From IMG/VR virus record IMGVR_UViG_3300007513_002396, positions 1-64,000 of that record: a DNA stretch of 64,000 nucleotides. One strand, 5' to 3'. The notes below the pieces were generated by a model. It was not told where the DNA came from. It saw nothing but the letters and a program-made list of their open reading frames with translations, and made no database searches. The position numbers were made by a program, and so were the translations under genes. Positions within the stretch are counted from its first letter, which is position 1; each line of letters opens with the position of its first letter. The stretch is from an uncultured virus (IMG/VR IMGVR_UViG_3300007513_002396). Taxonomy: Duplodnaviria; Heunggongvirae; Uroviricota; Caudoviricetes. Positions 27,522 to 37,288 of the stretch are shown piece by piece.

Positions 27522-27567
27522 CAGGTTTTATCAGTATTTGGTTAACTGGGAAACTGAATTCAGAATT

Positions 27568-27595
27568 AATATACAACCTCTGTAAAATTTGTACA
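27568..27595 (-). promoter_or_regulatory. Candidate leftward promoter TGTACA-N16-TATATT with no downstream gene
   Basis: Match to the recurring motif on the - strand, pointing into the AT-only tract. Confidence 0.4.
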
Positions 27596-27621
27596 CGCAA
27601 AAAACTGAACTTTCTTTTTCA

Positions 27622-27649
27622 TATACAGCTGCTCACTAGAGGTTATTAT
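27622..27649 (+). promoter_or_regulatory. Candidate promoter TATACA-N16-TATTAT heading the glycan island
   Basis: Shares TACAGCTGCT with the copy at 35402; followed by SD GAGG. Confidence 0.55.
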
Positions 27650-27667
27650 TCCTTGTGAGGTAGCTGA

Positions 27668-29617
27668 ATGTTTAATAGTCCCTTTGAAGATACCAGAATT
27701 AAAATTGATCGATCTGCAGATGTAGTGTTTGTTGCAGATCTTTTTGTTGAGAATTATGTTGGTGGAGCAGAACTGACAACCCAGGCTCTTATCGATGCTT
27801 CTGATGACGTAATTGTTCAGAAGCTTCATGCTCAAAATGTTACGCTAGAATTATTAGAAGCTGGAATGGACAAGCATTGGATATTCGGTAATTTTTCTAC
27901 GTTAAATCCCCAACTAATTCCCAGTATTATAGGAAACATTTCATATTCGATTCTAGAGTATGACTATAAATTTTGTCAGCATCGGTCTATTGAAAAACAT
28001 CTTTCAGAGAGAGATGAAGTATGTGACTGTCATAATGAATTACATGGAAAGATGGTGTCTTCATTTTTTCACGGTGCAAAAACGATCTGGTGGATGAGTG
28101 AAGAGCAAGAACGAAGATATCTTTCAAGATTTCCATTTTTAGAAGAGAATGATAGAGTTGTCTTGAGTAGTGTTTTTGATGAAAGCTATTTTGCAGTGGT
28201 CAAGGCGCTTAATGATAAATACAAAGAAGTTGACCGTAAGGGCTGGATTGTATTGGGTGCTGAATCTTGGATCAAGGGTGCATCAGACGCAATTGCTTAT
28301 TGCGAAGAAAATAATCTAGAATATGAAGTGCTATGGAAGAGACCATACGGCGAAGTTTTAGAAAGGCTAGCCACCGCTGAAGGGCTTGTGTATTTGCCAC
28401 GCGGAGGTGATACATGCCCTCGAATGGTAATTGAAGCCAAGATGCTGGGCTGTGAACTAGTTTTAAACCAAGATGTACAACATGCCGATGAAGAGTGGTT
28501 TAAGGCTTCTCCAATAGACATGGTTTCATATTTGTACGCTGCCAGAAATCGATTCTGGGTGTCAATCAAGAGTGTGATGGGATGGACTGCAACTATTAGT
28601 GGGTATACAACAGTTCGAAACGCTAATGATATGGGTTATCCTTGGAAGGCATGTGTAGAATCAATGCTCGGATTTTGTGACGAAGTGATTGTTGTAGATG
28701 GTGGATCAAATGATAATACATGGAAGCAGCTACAGGAATGGAGCAAAAAAGAACAACGTATTAAAGCGCATCAAATTTCTGTCAATCCCGATGACCCAAG
28801 CTTTGCATACGAATCCGATGGAAAATTAAAGGCCAAAGCTAGAGACTTATGTAAGATGCAATATTGCTGGCAGATGGATGCTGATGAAATATTACATGAA
28901 GATGACTATGAACAAGTTCGACAGATAATAAGAAATTTTCCCAAAATGGTTGATATTGTTGCACTTCCCATCATCGAATACTGGGGATCAAAAGAGAAAG
29001 TAAGGGTTGACATCAATCCCTGGAAGTGGAGATTGAGTAGAAATCTTCCTCATATTACACAAGGAATTCCAGCAGAGCTTAGAAAATTTGATGATGACGG
29101 TAATGAGTATGCAGGCTGGGGTACCGACACATGCGACTATATACACAAGGAGTCACGTGAAAGACTTCCAATAGCTTCTTTTTACACTGAGGAAGTAAAC
29201 AAGTTCAGAGCTGCAGCTCTTGAAGGAGATAAAAAAGCTCTAGAAATGTATGAGGGATGGTATAACAGCGTTGTTGAACAACTACCAACAGTCCACCACT
29301 ATTCGTGGTTCGATATATCTGCAAAGATAAAACAATATAGAAAGCACTGGGCAAAATTTTGGAAAAGTCAATATCGATTGGACATAGAAGACACTGCAAA
29401 AAATAATGTAATGTTCAACAAAGCGTGGAGCGACGTAACAGATAATGATATTAACATATTTGCATCTCGATTAGCGACAGAAATGGGAGGATGGATATTT
29501 CACGAACCGGTAAACTTTTCTGCGCCCACTCCACATGTAGTGATAGGTAGAAATCATCCACAGGCTTATCTAGATAACGTTTCGAGCGATAAAGAGGAAG
29601 AAGATGCCAAAAGTTAG
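27668..29617 (+). CDS. Two-domain glycosyltransferase (GT-B-like N-terminus plus GT2 C-terminus)
   Basis: VGGAELT, DTCPRMVIEAKMLGC; ISGYTTVRN, DEVIVVDGGSND, WQMDADE. Confidence 0.8.
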   Translation: MFNSPFEDTRIKIDRSADVVFVADLFVENYVGGAELTTQALIDASDDVIVQKLHAQNVTLELLEAGMDKHWIFGNFSTLNPQLIPSIIGNISYSILEYDYKFCQHRSIEKHLSERDEVCDCHNELHGKMVSSFFHGAKTIWWMSEEQERRYLSRFPFLEENDRVVLSSVFDESYFAVVKALNDKYKEVDRKGWIVLGAESWIKGASDAIAYCEENNLEYEVLWKRPYGEVLERLATAEGLVYLPRGGDTCPRMVIEAKMLGCELVLNQDVQHADEEWFKASPIDMVSYLYAARNRFWVSIKSVMGWTATISGYTTVRNANDMGYPWKACVESMLGFCDEVIVVDGGSNDNTWKQLQEWSKKEQRIKAHQISVNPDDPSFAYESDGKLKAKARDLCKMQYCWQMDADEILHEDDYEQVRQIIRNFPKMVDIVALPIIEYWGSKEKVRVDINPWKWRLSRNLPHITQGIPAELRKFDDDGNEYAGWGTDTCDYIHKESRERLPIASFYTEEVNKFRAAALEGDKKALEMYEGWYNSVVEQLPTVHHYSWFDISAKIKQYRKHWAKFWKSQYRLDIEDTAKNNVMFNKAWSDVTDNDINIFASRLATEMGGWIFHEPVNFSAPTPHVVIGRNHPQAYLDNVSSDKEEEDAKS

Positions 29618-30365
29618 TATTGTTCTTCCTTGCTATAATGGTGAAGCGACTATCGAACGAGCTATTAAATCAATTGCTGCGCAAACATATCGCGATTTTG
29701 AGACTGTTTTTGTTGACAACAAATCAGATGACAGAACATTATCGATAATTGAGCGATATAGACAATCCGCGAATATTCGAATCGTAACTTGCGATACAGC
29801 AGGAATCGTTCCAGCGTTGAATACTGGAATATATCATAGCGATTCTTCTTTTGTTGCAAGACAAGATGACGATGACTATTGGTACCCAACGAAATTAGAA
29901 AAACAAATGCTGCATTTTGAAGAAAATCCCGCCACGTCTATTTTGGGTACACGAATTCGTCTTCTTGACGAAGAAGGTAAAGCTCAGGATTTAGGTACGT
30001 ATGGCCGACCAGTGAATTATCCTGTAGACGATCATACGATTCGATATATGCTTATTTTGGGTCAAAATCCGCTGTGTCATCCATCAGTGGTAATGCGTAG
30101 AGAGGTACCCCTTGTCGCTGGTGGATATAGCCAGCATTTTTTCTTGGCAGAAGACATGCATCTTTGGTTAAAGGCATTTCCGTTTTTTAAGTTCGCAAAT
30201 TTACCAGAGGTTTTGCTAGATTACACCCAGACGGTTCGTGAAGACTATGACCCTCGTGTAGTGAAGGATTTAGCAACTTTCTACTATAACCTCTATAAGT
30301 CACAGGGGATAATCGAAGGAGATCGTCCTGCGCTAGTCTATGATTGGGAAAGAGGAGTAAAGTGA
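29604..30365 (+). CDS. GT2 glycosyltransferase
   Basis: VSIVLPCYN, VDNKSDD, ARQDDDD, HPSVV, AEDMHLW. Confidence 0.9.
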   Translation: MPKVSIVLPCYNGEATIERAIKSIAAQTYRDFETVFVDNKSDDRTLSIIERYRQSANIRIVTCDTAGIVPALNTGIYHSDSSFVARQDDDDYWYPTKLEKQMLHFEENPATSILGTRIRLLDEEGKAQDLGTYGRPVNYPVDDHTIRYMLILGQNPLCHPSVVMRREVPLVAGGYSQHFFLAEDMHLWLKAFPFFKFANLPEVLLDYTQTVREDYDPRVVKDLATFYYNLYKSQGIIEGDRPALVYDWERGVK

Positions 30366-31210
30366 AACCACTATTACAGACCATAATTTTTTCAAAAAAT
30401 CGAGCATTTCAATTACATGCATTGCTGTCTTCTATGAGATTGAAGGTAAAGACCTTGAAGCCGTTCATTCATACGGCAATATTGTGGTCAGCTGATGGTG
30501 CTCATAAGGATCAATATTCCGAATTAATTCAAATGTATCCTGAATTTGAGTGGATTGAAGAGACGTCATTTCGTGATCAAGTAATTCAGAAATTAGATGG
30601 CTCGAAAGCAAAAAGATGCATGTTTCTTGTGGACGATATTATTTTTACAAGAGAAGTAGACTTAGTTGACGCAGTGCAGCTGTGGGATGCTAATGAAGGA
30701 GGAGCATATCGCGTCGCTGTATCATTAAGGTTGGGAATACACTTAACGAGGTGTTATGCACTGGATTGTGAGCAAGTTCACCCAAACACTGGACGCATTG
30801 TCGGGCCCTGGTTCGTCTGGAATTGGAAAGATGCGCACTCAAAGGGAGATTGGAGTTATCCGTTTTCACTAGACGGTCATATCTTCTCTACTGGAAAACT
30901 ACGAAGCTGGATCGATCATTTAGACTTTGGGAACCCCAACGAAATGGAGTCAGAGATGGCTTCAAAGATTCCAATGACATTTAACGTTTCACAAAGTATG
31001 CTTTGTTATGTGCATGCGCCTCTTTTTAATATGCCGCTTAATCGTGTTCAGGACCAATTTAAGAATCGATGTGAAGAAATATCTGTCCAAGAATTATTTG
31101 AACATTTTCATAATGGCGATGAGCTAGATTTAGATCGATATGATAACATTCTCAATACAGGATGTCATTTTCCAATGCCTGTTTATTTGAGAAAGAGGAA
31201 GATAGATTGA
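30362..31210 (+). CDS. Putative GT-A fold glycosyltransferase-like protein
   Basis: IIFSKNRAFQL, MFLVDDIIF, LRLG, WSYPFSLDGHIF; GTG start after SD GAGGAG. Confidence 0.65.
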   Translation: MKPLLQTIIFSKNRAFQLHALLSSMRLKVKTLKPFIHTAILWSADGAHKDQYSELIQMYPEFEWIEETSFRDQVIQKLDGSKAKRCMFLVDDIIFTREVDLVDAVQLWDANEGGAYRVAVSLRLGIHLTRCYALDCEQVHPNTGRIVGPWFVWNWKDAHSKGDWSYPFSLDGHIFSTGKLRSWIDHLDFGNPNEMESEMASKIPMTFNVSQSMLCYVHAPLFNMPLNRVQDQFKNRCEEISVQELFEHFHNGDELDLDRYDNILNTGCHFPMPVYLRKRKID

Positions 31211-32034
31211 TGAAAAGAAAAGAATTAAAAATCGGTATACTGTCAGTCGCTACTGGAAAGTATATAGATTTTCTAGAACCACTTTATGAGTCTATAGAGC
31301 ATAGATTTTTAAGCGGTTATAAAAAGACATATTTCGTTTTTACCGATAACCCTAAAGCTGTTCAAACAATCGCTGCAAATGTTGGAGTTGATGCGCTATC
31401 TATCCCTATCGAACGTCAAGGATTTCCTGGCGACACTTTATTACGATATAACTACTTTTCTAGACTCCCGGCAGCCTTAGCAGAAGTAGGTTCCGAACCT
31501 CCTGATGTGCTTTTTTATTTAGACGCTGACATGTTAGTCTTTTTCCCCGTCGGACCTGAAGTGCTTCCAGTCCCACCGCACTCTGAGCTTGTGGCTACTT
31601 CACATCCCGGATATTACAACCACAGAACACCTACTCATCCGCTGGGTGATCCAGATCAAAATCCCAAAAGTAGAGCCTATATTCGATCATACGAAGCTGG
31701 TGGCGATCATCGTCGTCGAAAAAGAATATGCTATCTTGCAGGTGGATTTAACGGTGGTACCTATTCAGCTTTCATGAAGATGTGTGAAGTTTTATCTAAA
31801 CAAATTGCAGATGACTTAGCAGATGGTGTGATGGCAAGATGGCATGATGAGTCGCATTTGAATGAGTACTGTAGCAGATATTACATTTTTGAGCGCTTGA
31901 AAATTTTGACACCCGAGTACTGTTTTGATCAAAAAGATATGGAGATAGATGGTAACGATATTCGAATCAAGGGAGTACAGTACGCTCCACGAATAGTTGC
32001 ACTAGATAAAGACCATAACAAGGTTAGGAGCTGA
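31210..32034 (+). CDS. GT6 (ABO/alpha-1,3-Gal/GalNAc transferase family) glycosyltransferase
   Basis: IGILSVATGKY, YFVFTD, FYLDADM, YLAGGFNGG, ARWHDESHLN. Confidence 0.88.
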   Translation: MKRKELKIGILSVATGKYIDFLEPLYESIEHRFLSGYKKTYFVFTDNPKAVQTIAANVGVDALSIPIERQGFPGDTLLRYNYFSRLPAALAEVGSEPPDVLFYLDADMLVFFPVGPEVLPVPPHSELVATSHPGYYNHRTPTHPLGDPDQNPKSRAYIRSYEAGGDHRRRKRICYLAGGFNGGTYSAFMKMCEVLSKQIADDLADGVMARWHDESHLNEYCSRYYIFERLKILTPEYCFDQKDMEIDGNDIRIKGVQYAPRIVALDKDHNKVRS

Positions 32035-32038
32035 CATA

Positions 32039-32887
32039 ATGACAAATATACCAAGGGTTTCTGTTTTAATACCCCTGCATAACTGCGAAAAAACTGTATT
32101 TCGTGCGATCGACTCTGTTCTGCAACAAACATATACTGACTTTGAGGTGGTATGTGTACTAAATAATTGCTCTGATGCAACGGAAGATATACTACGAGAT
32201 ATCCAAGATGAGCGCATAAAGATCGTTTATCAAAATAAGTTGAAAGGAATTACGCCAACATTAAATCATGGATTTAGACATTGCCTCGGCGAATTTATCG
32301 CGCGCCAAGACGGTGATGATTATTGGTATCCAGAAAAGTTAAAAAAGCAAATGGATTATTTCGAGAGTAATCCAGAAGTTGATATTCTTGGAACACAAAT
32401 TCGAATGGTGACGTCCGATGGTCAAGATTTTGTAAACAGAGATGCTGGATATGCTACGTCACAAAACAAATTGGTTACTTGGGATGCGGGAAATCCTGAG
32501 ACAGATCAAGAAATTCGAGGGTTACTTTTGGAGGGTGACAATGTAATTGCTCATCCCAGCGTGGTTATGAGGGCAGTTGTATTAGACTGTGTTGGGGGTT
32601 ATGATCCACTATACATAAGGGCGGAAGATTTGCACTTGTGGATGAAGGCATTACCCTTCTTTACATTCGCAAATTTGCAAGAGGTTCTAGTTGACTATAC
32701 GGTAAAGGAATCATCGAAAGAAGATTGGATGTGGGGTCAGGACTGGAAAATGGCTGAATGCTTAAAGCCCTTTATTCTGATATTAGAAGAGGAAGATTTA
32801 CGTGCTGGTAAGTCACGGCGAGAATTTCTAAAATCTGTGGGAGCCAATCCACCAACACCTGTCCCTCCCCACAAGCCACTAAAGTAA
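32039..32887 (+). CDS. GT2 glycosyltransferase (paralog of 29604)
   Basis: ARQDGDDYWYPEKL, HPSVV, AEDLHLW. Confidence 0.9.
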   Translation: MTNIPRVSVLIPLHNCEKTVFRAIDSVLQQTYTDFEVVCVLNNCSDATEDILRDIQDERIKIVYQNKLKGITPTLNHGFRHCLGEFIARQDGDDYWYPEKLKKQMDYFESNPEVDILGTQIRMVTSDGQDFVNRDAGYATSQNKLVTWDAGNPETDQEIRGLLLEGDNVIAHPSVVMRAVVLDCVGGYDPLYIRAEDLHLWMKALPFFTFANLQEVLVDYTVKESSKEDWMWGQDWKMAECLKPFILILEEEDLRAGKSRREFLKSVGANPPTPVPPHKPLK

Positions 32888-32900
32888 CTTTGGAGAAAAA

Positions 32901-33611
32901 ATGTTCACTATTCTTCTACCAGTTTTTAATGGTGAGCGCTGGATTATTGAGGCGATACAAAACTTAAAAGACCAGGTTTATACGGATTTTGAAGTCATTA
33001 TAGTATGCAACGGTTGCACAGATCGATCCGCTAGTTTTGCATCAAGTCAGATAGCAGAAGATAAAAGGTTTAGATTAGTAGACACAAAATTTGCGAATAA
33101 ATCATCCGCACTAAATATTGGGGTAATGATGGCGTCACGAGAGTGGATAGCAATATATGATGTTGATGACCGCTGGCATATAGAAAAACTAGATTATCAA
33201 GCCAGAGAGATATTATCTTCTTCTTCCTTGGAAGTTTTGGGAACACAAATGTTTTATCTGACAGAAGATAATGAAGTACAACCTGAGGGTCCCCTTTTGC
33301 CGCTGTCTCATGAAGATATAATGAGCTATTTGCTGGAAAGAAAAAGCAATCCATTTTGCAATAGCAGTATTACGTATCGAAGAGATTTGCATTTCACTAG
33401 AGTGGGATTTTATGATCCGCAATGTGCTGTAGAAGATTATGACTTTTGGATTCGATGCGCACTTGCTGGTACTCATTTTAAAAATTTGGCCGGGTTTTTA
33501 GCATTTCATAGGCTTCATTCTGGATCACATTTTAACGGATCAAATAAGCAACGCAACGATAAAATTTTTTTAGATAGTATGATGGAGCATAGAAGAAAGG
33601 GAGCCGAGTAA
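32901..33611 (+). CDS. GT2 glycosyltransferase
   Basis: ILLPVFN, NGCTD, IYDVDD, VEDYDFW. Confidence 0.88.
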   Translation: MFTILLPVFNGERWIIEAIQNLKDQVYTDFEVIIVCNGCTDRSASFASSQIAEDKRFRLVDTKFANKSSALNIGVMMASREWIAIYDVDDRWHIEKLDYQAREILSSSSLEVLGTQMFYLTEDNEVQPEGPLLPLSHEDIMSYLLERKSNPFCNSSITYRRDLHFTRVGFYDPQCAVEDYDFWIRCALAGTHFKNLAGFLAFHRLHSGSHFNGSNKQRNDKIFLDSMMEHRRKGAE

Positions 33612-33616
33612 TTGAT

Positions 33617-34474
33617 ATGGTAGAAGAATTTTGTAAAAAATATGGTGTCTCAAAAGACGATGTGGTTTGGATAGATTTACAAGACACAGACTTATCAAAG
33701 CTTAAAGCTCTTAGTGAGAGCTTAATAGCGGTCAAATATGTTAGGATAACAAAGCCATCGATTAATCAAGAATTGCTTAATGACATAAACAATCATTTGA
33801 CAAATTATTTTTGTTTCCGACGGGTTGACGGTCCAAATGATCAAGACATCGTTTACGAAAATAAATTTCATACTGATCCGGTTTGGCCTGGGATTGATGT
33901 TTCTGGATATGAGAACACTTACATAAGAGGAAAACCGAAAGAATATTTACTCCACACAATAAGCCTGTTTAAGCAATTTACAAAGGCTCGTACAATTCTT
34001 GAAATCGGATCCGTACGAGCCGTGATGGAGCATACTATTGACGAATTTAATCCCGCATGTTGCAACGATGGTCATTCTACATATTTTTGGAGTCATTATA
34101 CAGGTGCTGAAGTACACACCGTTGACAACCATCCCCATAGAAAGAGAAATATTATGGATGTTGATGCTAGACTTTCAAGCGTCTTTGCGCACACTGCCGA
34201 TGGCATAGAATTTATAAAGAATTTTGACCAAGAGATCGATTTGCTCTTTTTGGATGCATGGGATGTGATACCCGATACACCATACGCCGAAAGACATTTA
34301 GAAGCTTATATCGCTTCGAAACAAAAATTAGCAGCAAGCTGCTTAGTGCTTATCGACGATACAGACGTCGGTGGCGGCGGTAAGGGTAGACTAGTCATTC
34401 CAGAACTTAAGAAAGATGGGTTTCAATGCATAGCGAATAGAAGACAAACAATCTTTTTGAGGACAGCGCAGTGA
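33617..34474 (+). CDS. Class I SAM methyltransferase with an N-terminal FkbM-like remnant
   Basis: TILEIGS, IDLLFLDAWD, LVLIDDT, GKG. Confidence 0.75.
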   Translation: MVEEFCKKYGVSKDDVVWIDLQDTDLSKLKALSESLIAVKYVRITKPSINQELLNDINNHLTNYFCFRRVDGPNDQDIVYENKFHTDPVWPGIDVSGYENTYIRGKPKEYLLHTISLFKQFTKARTILEIGSVRAVMEHTIDEFNPACCNDGHSTYFWSHYTGAEVHTVDNHPHRKRNIMDVDARLSSVFAHTADGIEFIKNFDQEIDLLFLDAWDVIPDTPYAERHLEAYIASKQKLAASCLVLIDDTDVGGGGKGRLVIPELKKDGFQCIANRRQTIFLRTAQ

Positions 34475-35394
34475 CACGTATAGTATTGATAAACACACCA
34501 ACTCTTCCTTGTCCAGATACACATTATTTACATGTTAAGAAATTTCTAAAAGGGTTTGTTCAAAACGGCTTTCCGCTTATTGAGGTTAATAATAAAAGAG
34601 AAATTGATGCCTTAACTCATGACGACATTGTATACATCTCCAATCATGGGTTCGAACCATGGGCTGGTGTAAGTCGCGAAGATCTACCAATACAAAATGC
34701 TTTAAAGCAAATGGAGCTTCTGGAGAAGAAATGTCATTATGCGATATTGTGGCATTTTCATCAAGCGTTGTTCAGATTTTTTTATGAGCCGCAATTTAAG
34801 AACGTTATTTTAACCGGCCACTGGCGTGGGTCATGGGCTGATGAAGAATATTTCGATTTTTCATTTACACCGTATAGTCAATTGGAGAATTTTGTTCCTA
34901 TGAGATTTGCTACTGACCTTCATCCCTCTGAAATTGAGGATCCGCTTGACAAGGTTTATGACGCATGCTTTATTGGGACTCCATATAAGATACCGTGGAT
35001 TCAAGAAATTGCCGGTCGCCACAATGTATATGCTCATTTTGGTAAACCGTGGTTACCAGAAGCAGATAGGCTTCGTGTTCTAAGAACTTCTACAATTGGT
35101 CTGGGCTTTGGTGCCGACCAGAATGTGAAGGAGGGTGTAATGACTGAAAGAGTTATTGAAAGCATTGCTCATGGGTGTGTTGTGATAAGTGATTGCGCCA
35201 CTGCACCAGAAAGAACCGGTGGCGCAGCAATTTATGTCGAAAGCAAGCAACACGCTCTTGAAGAAGTAAAACGGATTTTACATTCACCTGAGTTCGCTAG
35301 AGAAAAAATGCACCTCGGCCTTGAGTTTGTTAGAAATGAGGGCACCTATTTTCATCTTGCAAAAGATATGCTTGATGCACTGAATATCACATAA
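34471..35394 (+). CDS. Putative GT-B glycosyltransferase (CgeB-like C-terminus)
   Basis: YDACFIGT, VMTERVIESIAHGCVVISD. Confidence 0.65.
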   Translation: MTRIVLINTPTLPCPDTHYLHVKKFLKGFVQNGFPLIEVNNKREIDALTHDDIVYISNHGFEPWAGVSREDLPIQNALKQMELLEKKCHYAILWHFHQALFRFFYEPQFKNVILTGHWRGSWADEEYFDFSFTPYSQLENFVPMRFATDLHPSEIEDPLDKVYDACFIGTPYKIPWIQEIAGRHNVYAHFGKPWLPEADRLRVLRTSTIGLGFGADQNVKEGVMTERVIESIAHGCVVISDCATAPERTGGAAIYVESKQHALEEVKRILHSPEFAREKMHLGLEFVRNEGTYFHLAKDMLDALNIT

Positions 35395-35401
35395 GCGAAC
35401 T

Positions 35402-35429
35402 TGTACAGCTGCTATATTTTAAATAAAAT
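35402..35429 (+). promoter_or_regulatory. Candidate promoter TGTACA-N16-TAAAAT
   Basis: Recurring motif in an intergenic gap. Confidence 0.55.
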
Positions 35430-35458
35430 GTTTAGAACATGTTATTCTGGGTTTAGTA

Positions 35459-36229
35459 ATGCAAGAAATCATATTGGGGTCTCCTTATGGCGGGCTAGGA
35501 GACAATATTCAACTTTCTACGCTACCAGAGCTGTACGCTAAAGCGGGACATGATGTCTATATTTGCAGTGAAGCTTATTTTCGTAATCCCGAAATAAAAG
35601 AGCTCATTTGGGAATGTAATCCTTTTGTGAGGGGTACAAAGTCAGGTATTTGTAATGCTGGAGACACCCCCGGCCGCCACCGTCCAGTGCACCCAAATCC
35701 CATATCTAATTGGGAGATTCTTCATGGGTTTTCACCAACAAACACGATACCAAAGATTTATTATACTCCACAAAAGATCGATATATTCCAAGATGTATTT
35801 CTTGTGGATTTTTCTTCAATATCAGCAGTTTTTAGTACGAGAGTTGTGGAAGAAGCTTATTTGATGATTAAAGAAAAGTACCCTGACAAAACTTTTCGAC
35901 GTGTCCGATTTCAACAAAACTTAAATCCTGTCAACGAAAAAGCACAATGGCAAAATGGCGTCTTTAGAGAATTAAACATCAGCGTAGGCAATGACGTAGT
36001 TGTAAATAACATCTTTGAGTATTGTGATATAATATGCTCATCTTTTGGATTCTTATCAATCTATAGTGGCGCCAGCCATCTAAGTTCTGCACTGAAAGAG
36101 TATAATCGAGAGTTGATTAGCTTATGTGTAGTAAGACAGGAGCACTATGAACATAATCGACGTAATTCGCTTCATTTATACGATAATATTGAATATATTC
36201 TTGTCTCATCCGATGGACTAGGGTTTTAA
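35459..36229 (+). CDS. Putative glycosyltransferase (GT9-like GLGD motif)
   Basis: YGGLGDNIQLSTLP, WECNPFV, YSGASHL. Confidence 0.55.
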   Translation: MQEIILGSPYGGLGDNIQLSTLPELYAKAGHDVYICSEAYFRNPEIKELIWECNPFVRGTKSGICNAGDTPGRHRPVHPNPISNWEILHGFSPTNTIPKIYYTPQKIDIFQDVFLVDFSSISAVFSTRVVEEAYLMIKEKYPDKTFRRVRFQQNLNPVNEKAQWQNGVFRELNISVGNDVVVNNIFEYCDIICSSFGFLSIYSGASHLSSALKEYNRELISLCVVRQEHYEHNRRNSLHLYDNIEYILVSSDGLGF

Positions 36230-36232
36230 TAT

Positions 36233-36631
36233 ATGAACGTTGATAGTCAAAAAAGGATATTCACTAACGGTTGTTTCGATGTTTTACATCGAGGTCATAT
36301 TGAGCTTTTAAAATATTGTAAAACTTTGGGGTATGTGATTGTGGGATTGAATAGTGATAAAAGCGTTAAGAGGCTAAAGGGTGACAATAGGCCATTCTTC
36401 TCTCAAGATGATAGAAAATTTATACTAGAGTCTTGTCGGTTCGTGGATGAGGTACGTATCTTTGAGGATGACACACCGCTCAGAATGATAAAAGCCTTGA
36501 GGCCAGATATGATTGTGAAAGGTGCAGATTATATGCCCCAAGAAGTGGCTGGTCATGAAATTTGTGAAGTTAGAATATTCCAAATTTTAGATGGATATTC
36601 CACAACAAATATTTTGGAAAAAATACAATGA
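36233..36631 (+). CDS. HldE/RfaE domain II-like heptose-1-phosphate adenylyltransferase
   Basis: FTNGCFDVLHRGH, GLNSDKSVKRLKGDNRP, KGADY, GYSTT. Confidence 0.88.
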   Translation: MNVDSQKRIFTNGCFDVLHRGHIELLKYCKTLGYVIVGLNSDKSVKRLKGDNRPFFSQDDRKFILESCRFVDEVRIFEDDTPLRMIKALRPDMIVKGADYMPQEVAGHEICEVRIFQILDGYSTTNILEKIQ

Positions 36632-36948
36632 TATATGTGTTCGATATAGACGGCACCATTTGTGAAAATTCTAATAGCGAATATCAAAATTCTATACCGA
36701 AATTAAATCGTATTGAAAGAGTAAATAAGCTTTATGATGAAGGACACACAATAATATTTCAAACTGCAAGGGGAATGGGTCGAAGTGGGAACTCCTCAGC
36801 GTATGCTTACAAAGCATTTTATGAATTTACTAAAAACCAACTTGATTCTTGGGGAGTGAAGTATCACTCATTGTTCTTAGGAAAGCCAGCAGGAGACACA
36901 TACATCGATGATAAGGGAATTAGAGATGAAGACTTCTTTACCGATTAA
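36628..36948 (+). CDS. Small HAD phosphatase (capsule-biosynthesis type)
   Basis: FDIDGTI, QTARG, GKP, YIDDK. Confidence 0.82.
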   Translation: MIYVFDIDGTICENSNSEYQNSIPKLNRIERVNKLYDEGHTIIFQTARGMGRSGNSSAYAYKAFYEFTKNQLDSWGVKYHSLFLGKPAGDTYIDDKGIRDEDFFTD

Positions 36949-37285
36949 ATTCGTTCCGAAGGGATGGGGATTTGAGAAGTGGATTGTTAATTGCGAAGAG
37001 TATTGCGGAAAACTTCTTTATTTTGTGAAGGGTAAACGCTGTTCATGGCACTATCATAAACTGAAAGATGAGGTGTTCTATGTGCAATCTGGAAAGATTT
37101 TGGTAAAATACTCAGAGGAAGATGATATCGAAAATGTTGGGGTAATAACACTCGGCCCAGGAGATAACTTCCATGTTTATCGTGGGCTTAGACATCAGAT
37201 GATCGCTCTTGAAGATACTGAGCTTTTTGAATTCTCAACGCAACATTTCGATGAGGATAGTCATAGGCTTCAAAAGGGAGACTAA
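36926..37285 (+). CDS. Cupin-fold sugar isomerase-like protein
   Basis: VPKGWGFEKW, CSWHYHKLKDEVFYVQSG, LRHQM, FEFSTQH. Confidence 0.8.
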   Translation: MKTSLPIKFVPKGWGFEKWIVNCEEYCGKLLYFVKGKRCSWHYHKLKDEVFYVQSGKILVKYSEEDDIENVGVITLGPGDNFHVYRGLRHQMIALEDTELFEFSTQHFDEDSHRLQKGD

Positions 37286-37288
37286 TAT

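Noticed and set aside
3419..27667. tRNA genes in the intergenic gaps
   Set aside because: No cloverleaf with a T-loop and acceptor stem seen by eye; a tRNAscan-SE run would be decisive
35459..36229. GT11 alpha-1,2-fucosyltransferase call from the GGLG motif
   Set aside because: Has GGLGD rather than GGLGNQ and no HxRRGD motif; left as GT9-like or unknown
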